Position numbers and translations under genes: made by a program. 64,000 nt of DNA from Candidatus Poribacteria bacterium (GTDB lineage Bacteria > Poribacteria > WGA-4E > WGA-3G), in the NCBI GenBank assembly GCA_965197475.1, contig CBDANF010000003.1:2176001-2240000 (forward strand), written 5' to 3'. Shown piece after piece: positions 57,492 through 64,000 of this stretch; position 1 is the stretch's first letter; each line of letters opens with the position of its first letter. A model generated the notes under the pieces. The model did not search any database and was not told where the DNA came from. It saw only the letters and a program-made list of their open reading frames with translations.

Positions 57492-59303
57492 CTACTTGTA
57501 GTGATATTCAAGATTTTTCCTTTGACGGGAAGGTAGAATGCTAAGTTCTTCTCGATATTTTTGGACAGTCCGTCTTGCAACCACAATACCGCGCTTTTTC
57601 AACGCTGCGCTTACCGCTTGATCGCTTAGAGGTTTTGTTGGGTCTTCTTTGCGTATCACCTCTTTAAGTGCTGCTTTGACCTGCTTGGCAGACACTGAAT
57701 TGCCATGGGTTGTTGCCAATTGATTACTAAAAAAGAACTTCAAAGGATAAGTTCCCAGAGGTGTCTGTACATATTTGTTGCTCGTAACGCGACTTACTGT
57801 TGATTCGTGGACACCTGCCATATTAGCCACAGTTTTCAAAGTCAAAGGCTTGATACTCTCCGGCCCTTGCGTTAAGAATTCGGACTGAACATTGAATATA
57901 GCCTCCGTGACTCGCTCAATGGTACGACCACGCTGAGCAATACTGCTGAGGACATCTGCAGCATCATTATATTTTTTTTCTATCCATTTTTTTGTCTCAG
58001 AATCTAAAACCTTACCATCATCCCGCATGAGGTTAATGTAATGCGGATTCATGCGTAGACGTGGTATATAATTGTCCATCGGAAAAATTTGGATATCCCT
58101 GTCAATGTCCATTATTTGTACATCAGGTGTAATCCCTTGTATTGTCTCTGTAGATTTAACCCAGTTGACTGATAAGTCAGAAAAATATCGTCCTGGATAG
58201 GGAGATAAAGTGCCAATCCATGAGGCTGCTTGTAGGATGTCGGTTCTTTCTACCTCAAGCACCTCTGAAATAGCAGCGATTCGGCTGTTTAATAAATCCT
58301 CCAGGTGATGCTCTACAATCTTTTTAGCAATCTGAAGCGGAATATCGTTATCATACGGAGTCGCTCCGTTTTGCTTAAGATGCTGCATTTCATGATGTCG
58401 AATTTGTATACTCAGTGTTTCTTTAAGGTCCCGATAAGCAATACCGGTCGGTTCAAATGTCTCTTGTATAATGTGTAGCACCGTTTCTACATCGGATACC
58501 GCACATCCGGTTTCTGATGCGATATCTTCTAAAGTAAGTAGGTAGAGGTTCAGTTCACTTTCTTCTTGTTTAACGGTATATGTTTTTTTGTTGGTTGTAT
58601 CAATGAGTTGCCAACTATTATTGGATTCGCATCCGATGTCGGAATTCCCAGGTGATATACCTATCGAATTAACCTGAAAATCTAATTTTTTAACTTCTTT
58701 CTTAGATGTCTTGCTTTTTGCTGATGATGCACTGAGATGTACCGATAATACACGTTGCAATTCTTCCGAAACACATCCATTCTGGAAGTCTGTCTCGAAT
58801 TCTTGAGGTACGGAAAACAGTTTTAACTGGAGTTCACCGTCGTCGTTTAAATTTCCAATAATCAATTCTCCGATAGCGCGTTCAGCATCTGTAAAAGGTG
58901 CAAGCTGAAGTTGCTGATAAAGATAATCCTGAAGGGAGTGTGCTTCAGCTATGTCTGGTTCGGGGGCATCTGGATCATCATATTGGTCATTTAAATTTAT
59001 GACAGGTGCTCGCATGTCGTCAAACACTGATTGCCAGTCAATATCAACAGAAGTGTCCTCGTGATTGATATTTTCTTCAGATTTGTTCCATTCAGGAGCT
59101 GGATCATAATCTTCCGTAGACAGTCCCGTTTCATACTCTTCCTCAATTTCCAAGAGCGGGTTTTGAGTTAGCTCTTGTTCAATAAATTGCTTTAACTCAA
59201 GCTGCGACATCATAAGCACCTTTATTGCTTGTTGCAGCTTCGGTGTCATGACAATTTTTTGTTGTTGTTGTTGAGTTTGAATAAGTTTCGCTTGTATTTT
59301 CAT
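57492..59303 (-). CDS. rpoN: RNA polymerase sigma-54 factor with a large internal insertion
   Basis: Gln-rich region I (TPKLQQAIKVL), NPLLE, HESTVSR, PLSD, RpoN box ARRTVQKYRE. Confidence 0.95.
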   Translation of the reverse strand: MKIQAKLIQTQQQQQKIVMTPKLQQAIKVLMMSQLELKQFIEQELTQNPLLEIEEEYETGLSTEDYDPAPEWNKSEENINHEDTSVDIDWQSVFDDMRAPVINLNDQYDDPDAPEPDIAEAHSLQDYLYQQLQLAPFTDAERAIGELIIGNLNDDGELQLKLFSVPQEFETDFQNGCVSEELQRVLSVHLSASSAKSKTSKKEVKKLDFQVNSIGISPGNSDIGCESNNSWQLIDTTNKKTYTVKQEESELNLYLLTLEDIASETGCAVSDVETVLHIIQETFEPTGIAYRDLKETLSIQIRHHEMQHLKQNGATPYDNDIPLQIAKKIVEHHLEDLLNSRIAAISEVLEVERTDILQAASWIGTLSPYPGRYFSDLSVNWVKSTETIQGITPDVQIMDIDRDIQIFPMDNYIPRLRMNPHYINLMRDDGKVLDSETKKWIEKKYNDAADVLSSIAQRGRTIERVTEAIFNVQSEFLTQGPESIKPLTLKTVANMAGVHESTVSRVTSNKYVQTPLGTYPLKFFFSNQLATTHGNSVSAKQVKAALKEVIRKEDPTKPLSDQAVSAALKKRGIVVARRTVQKYREELSILPSRQRKNLEYHYK

Positions 59304-59406
59304 CACGCGGCACTCCGTTAAATCCCTATTAGAATTATAGAGTATTGTGCCTGCAAACACCTTTTAATAAAGTAGTTTTCAAGTGAAGAATGATGCCATG
59401 GTTTGA

Positions 59407-60183
59407 CTAAGCTCTGATTTCTTGTTTTGTATACTGAAAGTTATGCCCGAAATAGAGATCTCTGGCAACTTCGCTATTTAGGAGTTCATCAGGTGTACCA
59501 GTCAAAGTTATTTTCCCCTCTGCTATGAGATACGCCCGATCAACGATATTCAAGGTTTCAACAGCATTGTGATCCGTAATTAGAATGCCAAGGTTCCGGT
59601 TTCGTAAATGAAGAATGAGCTGTTTAATGTCAGCAACAGCAATCGGGTCAATCCCTGAAAGAGGTTCATCAAGTAGGATAAAGTCGGGTTGTGCAGCCAG
59701 CGCGCGAGCGATTTCTGCGCGACGACACTCACCTCCCGAAAGCGTATACGCCTTGCGATTTAAAAGGTTTGAGATTCCGAGTTCATCAGTGAATTCTTCT
59801 ATGCGCGCTTCTCGCTCATTTTTCGGCATACCTCTCGCTTCTAAGATTGCTTCTACATTCTGTTTGACGGTCAATTTACGAAAAATTGAAGTTTCCTGTG
59901 AAAGATACCCTATTCCGAGTCGCGCCCGTTTATACATCGGTAAGAAGGTTATATCCCTGTCTCCATAAGTAATCCGACCCGCATTTGGACGAATTAGCCC
60001 GACTACCATGTAGAATGTTGTTGATTTTCCTGCACCGTTCGGTCCTAACAAACCTACTATTTCACCTTGTTGTACCGATAAACTTACTTCGTTGACGACG
60101 ATTGGACCTCGCCGTGTATATTTTTTTACGAGATTGTGTGCTTGTAGTTCTGTTGCCACGTTGTTGGTACCTGTGTGCTCCAT
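59407..60183 (-). CDS. lptB: LPS export ABC ATPase
   Basis: GLLGPNGAGKSTTFYM, LPMYKRARLGIGYL, LSGGE, LITDHN; upstream of rpoN. Confidence 0.93.
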   Translation of the reverse strand: MEHTGTNNVATELQAHNLVKKYTRRGPIVVNEVSLSVQQGEIVGLLGPNGAGKSTTFYMVVGLIRPNAGRITYGDRDITFLPMYKRARLGIGYLSQETSIFRKLTVKQNVEAILEARGMPKNEREARIEEFTDELGISNLLNRKAYTLSGGECRRAEIARALAAQPDFILLDEPLSGIDPIAVADIKQLILHLRNRNLGILITDHNAVETLNIVDRAYLIAEGKITLTGTPDELLNSEVARDLYFGHNFQYTKQEIRA

Positions 60184-60261
60184 CTACTTCAAAGTTGGTG
60201 TATTGTTGTCAAGAAAGCATATTGTAAGTAACGTCAACTACCGATAACCGACTGCTAACAA

Positions 60262-61254
60262 TTACTGTTTTTCCTCTGGTGCTTCTGCTTTATCAGTCTC
60301 TTCTGATTCGGTTGGTTCAGTCTCTTCTGATTCAGTCGGTTCAGTCTCTTTATCTTTTTCAGATTTGGAGTCTTTCTCTTCTTTTTCCGTTTCAGAAGGT
60401 GTGGTTTTTTCTTCAGTGTCTGGTTTGTCAGAATCACCTTCAGGTTTTTCCTCAGACTCTTTTTCCGTCTCTGGAGAGACGGCCTTCTTTTCAGTTTTAC
60501 TTGGAGTTTCAGAAGTATCCTTGCTATCAGAATCGGTTTCTTCTGATTCCTCTGGTGTACTCGTTGGTGTTGCTTGTGTAACGGTTACCTTAAATTTAAC
60601 GCCACCAACGCCTGTCTGTTTACCTGTTGTTCTATTGAAGGTGAAAAGTTTCGTTTCAAGTCTATCTTTGTTTTGTAATACTACGACATTACCTTTTAAC
60701 GTAATGATGTTCGTTAGATTGTTCATCGTAGCGTGGTCGGATGTTGCGAAGATATCTTCATCACGTATCTCAACATTGCCTACGGCAATAATTTCTACGG
60801 TCTCACCAGTTTCTGGATCACTCTTGAGCGTAATTCTATCAGCATTGAGAAACCCGATCTCAATACCTTCCTCGTTATGCCTTACCGTTTTCGCATTTCC
60901 AATAAGAATCGTAATACCTGCTTTCGGATCCCGTTCCATTTCATCTGAAGTCCCTGTAATAACCTCTTTTGTCACCTTTACTTTCACAGGTTTCTCATCA
61001 ATATCAGAAGTTGATGTGTCAGAATTCGTAGATTGATTGTCTTGAACAAGTTTATCTGAAACTGCCGGGGTCTCTTCCGCTTGCTTTACAACTTCACTAT
61101 CCTTTTCTTCTGACTCAGGTGCTTCGGCTGCCCACGCAGGGAAGGTTGTCAAACAGATTACTATCCCTAATAATACGAACCAGTTTCTAACGAATTGAGA
61201 TAGTTTCAGAGACGCGCCAGTATTGTTTTTGGAGATGATTTTCTTTCTATTCAT
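60262..61254 (-). CDS. lptA: LptA/OstA-like LPS transport protein with long acidic tails
   Basis: Signal peptide, beta-jellyroll motifs (AVGNVEI, ITLKGNVVV); lies between lptC and lptB. Confidence 0.7.
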   Translation of the reverse strand: MNRKKIISKNNTGASLKLSQFVRNWFVLLGIVICLTTFPAWAAEAPESEEKDSEVVKQAEETPAVSDKLVQDNQSTNSDTSTSDIDEKPVKVKVTKEVITGTSDEMERDPKAGITILIGNAKTVRHNEEGIEIGFLNADRITLKSDPETGETVEIIAVGNVEIRDEDIFATSDHATMNNLTNIITLKGNVVVLQNKDRLETKLFTFNRTTGKQTGVGGVKFKVTVTQATPTSTPEESEETDSDSKDTSETPSKTEKKAVSPETEKESEEKPEGDSDKPDTEEKTTPSETEKEEKDSKSEKDKETEPTESEETEPTESEETDKAEAPEEKQ

Positions 61255-61840
61255 TTACTTCCTCATCTTTAAGATAAAGTTTAAATCGATTGTTTGACAT
61301 CTTTACAGTTTCAAGGTCTGGATGGGCTACCATTTCGGTTCCATACCATGTAGAGTCGCCACGGACTATCTTTACTTCAGTCGGTGAGTAAAGTGTTCCA
61401 TCTTTATTTCGCCAATGGAGTTCTTTTGTATAGAGCGTTCCATTTTCGTTGACACCGACCACCTCACCGTAGAGATACACGTTATCTTTTTCACGCCCAG
61501 CGCGATAAAGAGTTCCTGTTTTACCTGTCAATGTAAGTGAAACTTTTCCCTCTTCATAAATTTCCACCTTCGGATTCTGGATGATCACCTTGTTCTCTCG
61601 TCTCCCTGATGATGCACTGACCAGTTTTGATGATTCACCGACTAGCGTCCATTTCAAAACCCCCTCTTCTCTGTGCTGTGTGGAAAAGGTATTAAACTGC
61701 TGAATCGGTTGAGGTTCAATAGGTTGATTTTTTTCTTCCTCACGCTCACATCCTACAACAGCCAGACATAGACTCAGAAAAAGAACAAGACATCTATTGT
61801 TCCAAAATGTTAGTAGTCGAAATCGGTTTACAGGTTTCAG
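61247..61840 (-). CDS. lptC: LPS export protein LptC-like, start codon uncertain
   Basis: G.LKW.L, LYTKELHW, V.IVRG, GTEM motifs; lipobox-like LAVVGC; operon position. Confidence 0.7.
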   Translation of the reverse strand: MKPVNRFRLLTFWNNRCLVLFLSLCLAVVGCEREEEKNQPIEPQPIQQFNTFSTQHREEGVLKWTLVGESSKLVSASSGRRENKVIIQNPKVEIYEEGKVSLTLTGKTGTLYRAGREKDNVYLYGEVVGVNENGTLYTKELHWRNKDGTLYSPTEVKIVRGDSTWYGTEMVAHPDLETVKMSNNRFKLYLKDEEVNE

Positions 61841-62738
61841 AACGGGTTTTCCACCGCTCGTGCATCCAAATCCACTGTTCTGGATATTTTCGTATGTAAG
61901 ATTCAATGATTTTCGTGAATTTCTGTGTATTGATAACAAGTTCTTTCTCTTTTACATCACACCGTTTTAACGTTAACGGTGGCTCAATTATCGCTCGATG
62001 TGTGCCATCGGGTTGACGTATAATAAAAGATGGTAGTATAGCCGCACCTGTTTTCAGCGCAAAAGCAATAGGACTGTAGGGTGTATAAGCAGGTCTGCCG
62101 AAAAAGTCTACAAAAACACCTTTCACGGTGGTATCCACGTCAGCAACTATACCGAGCAGTTGGTTACTTTTAAGGCACCAAAGTGCTTGTCGGACACCTG
62201 TATCCCTGTCTATGGTGGAATATCCTGCTTTTTCTCTGTAACTGCCCACTATCGCATTTAAGCGGGGTGAACGTAACTCTCGAACAATAGGGGTCAACGG
62301 TGCAACAGTAGCAGTGATACTTGCTGCAAGAAGTTCCCAATTCCCAAAATGTCCGGTTAAAATGATTGCCCCTTTCCCTTGTGCTAAAGCGTTCTCCACA
62401 TGTTGAATGCCTTCAAATTTGACATATTGTTGAATCTGCTTTGGATTCATGCGTGGAAACTTCATGAATTCTATGACAGTCTTTCCTAAATTTTCAAAAC
62501 ATTTTTTCGCTATCACTTTAACGCGGTGGTCGTCAGAAATATCCAGACTTTGTTTCAGGTGTTCACATGCCAGTTTTCTATGCTGCGATGCAAACCAATA
62601 GACGAGGTGTCCCAACCATCCGCCGAGAGCCAATGCTACCGAACGCGGAAGTCGAGATATACAGAATCCGGTCAGTTTGGCAGTAAATCCATAACACCAA
62701 TCTTTCATTAGAAATATAGTATACCAAATTTCCTGCAA
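61794..62738 (-). CDS. Lipid A late acyltransferase (LpxL/HtrB family)
   Basis: GKGAIILTGHFGNWE, FVDFFG, PEQWIWMHERWK; alternative start at 62708. Confidence 0.9.
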   Translation of the reverse strand: MQEIWYTIFLMKDWCYGFTAKLTGFCISRLPRSVALALGGWLGHLVYWFASQHRKLACEHLKQSLDISDDHRVKVIAKKCFENLGKTVIEFMKFPRMNPKQIQQYVKFEGIQHVENALAQGKGAIILTGHFGNWELLAASITATVAPLTPIVRELRSPRLNAIVGSYREKAGYSTIDRDTGVRQALWCLKSNQLLGIVADVDTTVKGVFVDFFGRPAYTPYSPIAFALKTGAAILPSFIIRQPDGTHRAIIEPPLTLKRCDVKEKELVINTQKFTKIIESYIRKYPEQWIWMHERWKTRSETCKPISTTNILEQ

Positions 62739-62927
62739 AATTACAAAGAAAAATGTACAGCAAGGATAAATTCAATCGCATATAGATTGGATATAACAGT
62801 TTGTTGCATGACCTACAGATTTTCTTTGTAAATTTTGAGCCACAACATTTCCGATTTCCATCATCCATCAACATGACTTGATTTTCACAATAATTTCAGA
62901 TATACTCTAAAATAGAACGGAACCCTT

Positions 62928-64000
62928 ATGCAAAAACCCGCAAACATTAACCAACAGATCGTCCGGCTTTCAATCCCAAATATCATCAGCAACTTCTCTA
63001 TCCCGCTTCTGGGGGCAGTGGATATGGCGTTGATGGGTCGTCTGGAAACCGAACACTATCTCGGTGCAGTTGGTATCGGTGGGGTTATCTTCAGTTTTAT
63101 TTACTGGGGATTCGGATTTGTCAGAATGACTACGACGGGGTTGACTGCACAAGCCTTCGGAGAAAACGATACTGCAGAATGTGGTCTGTTGCTACAGCGG
63201 AGTTTATCCATCGGCATCATCGGCAGTCTTTTGCTGTTAATCCTGCAGGGGGTTCTTGCAGATATAAGTTTTATCCTCATAGGCACGAGTCCTGAAGTAG
63301 AAGAACTGGCGCGAACGTATTTTCACATTCGCATCTATGCTGCCCCTGCGACACTCTGCCTACACGCATTCCACGGTGTCTTTCTCGGTTTACAGAATGC
63401 CAATTATCCGATGGTGTTGACAATTATCGTCAACCTCGTAAACATTGTGCTAAATCTGATATTTGTGAACCTGCTCGGAATGAAGGTAGAGGGTGTCGCT
63501 TTGGCGACGGTCATTGCACAGTATGTAGGTCTCATTCTGGCGAGTGCGCTTTTCTTGGCGCGCTATCGTAATCTCCTTACAACGTGGGACTTCCGAAAAG
63601 TCCCTGCGTTTTCTAAACTGAAGCGATTTCTCAGTATCAGCAGCGACATCTTTATTCGGACACTCTGTCTTGTGTTTAGTTTTGCCTACTTTACTGCACA
63701 ATCAGCGGCTTTGAGTGATGCCTTCTTGGCAATTAACACTATTTTGCTCCAGTACATTAATCTAATGTCATACGCAATTGATGGGTTCGCATTTGCGGCG
63801 GAGAGCATGGTTGGCAAATATAAAGGCGCGCAGGATATGCAGAATCTAAAACGGACAACGCGCCAGATTTTTCTATGTGCCTTTCTGTTCGGCGGCGTGG
63901 TGATGTTGATTTTTTTTGTATTTGGAAAACAGTTGCTCTATCTCTTCACGGATCAAGTCAAGCTGATCGAACAAGCAAAACCTTATCTTGTTTGGATAAT
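62928..64000 (+). CDS. MATE (DinF-like) efflux transporter, truncated by the window end and absent from the ORF track
   Basis: Manual translation gives LSIPNIISNFSIPLLGAVD...FGFVRMTTTGLTAQAFG, and the same frame reads LFTDQVKLIEQAKPYLVW at the window edge. Confidence 0.9.
   Translation, partial: MQKPANINQQIVRLSIPNIISNFSIPLLGAVDMALMGRLETEHYLGAVGIGGVIFSFIYWGFGFVRMTTTGLTAQAFGENDTAECGLLLQRSLSIGIIGSLLLLILQGVLADISFILIGTSPEVEELARTYFHIRIYAAPATLCLHAFHGVFLGLQNANYPMVLTIIVNLVNIVLNLIFVNLLGMKVEGVALATVIAQYVGLILASALFLARYRNLLTTWDFRKVPAFSKLKRFLSISSDIFIRTLCLVFSFAYFTAQSAALSDAFLAINTILLQYINLMSYAIDGFAFAAESMVGKYKGAQDMQNLKRTTRQIFLCAFLFGGVVMLIFFVFGKQLLYLFTDQVKLIEQAKPYLVWI

Noticed and set aside
58542-58820. Intein in rpoN
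   Set aside because: There is no N-terminal Cys/Ser or C-terminal His-Asn splice motif at the insert boundaries.
60365-61036. 223-aa Ser-rich plus-strand ORF
   Set aside because: It is antisense to the low-complexity lptA-like gene.
1-64000. tRNA/rRNA genes, prophage, reverse transcriptase or recognisable defence systems
   Set aside because: None were recognised by eye; small RNAs cannot be excluded without covariance-model searches.

Overview
This is a bacterial chromosomal window that most resembles Candidatus Poribacteria (inference from internalin-type LRR, LamG and lamin-tail secreted proteins, C-terminal TWGxLK tails, an NYPNPFNPETWIPY terminal domain and dense intergenic REP/MITE repeats). 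The left part carries sugar/polyol catabolism genes, then a TPR / ECF sigma / anti-sigma / two tandem VWA-protein cluster, purN, and clpB, which is split by a 1-nt frameshift and preceded by a consensus sigma54 promoter. The middle holds two secreted LRR proteins, one about 3300 aa and split by a frameshift at a slippery run, plus a UGSC-family selenoprotein missed by the ORF track (in-frame TGA and SECIS-like hairpin). The right part is mostly housekeeping: tatAC, yggS-proC-yggT, lspA, fmt, rpe, rsmE, mtaB, nadB, valS, hpf-rpoN-lptBAC-lpxL and a truncated MATE gene. An intact IS1595-family element with an 8-bp TSD sits directly before an 860-aa IleRS homologue that occupies the ileS position but lacks HIGH, KMSKS and the editing motifs. 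The best candidates for undescribed biology are this pseudo-IleRS, the TonB-like SxxxH-anchored double-VWA proteins downstream of the ECF pair, the LRR cassette array and a roughly 93-aa insertion in RpoN. No database searches were run; all calls come from motif recognition.
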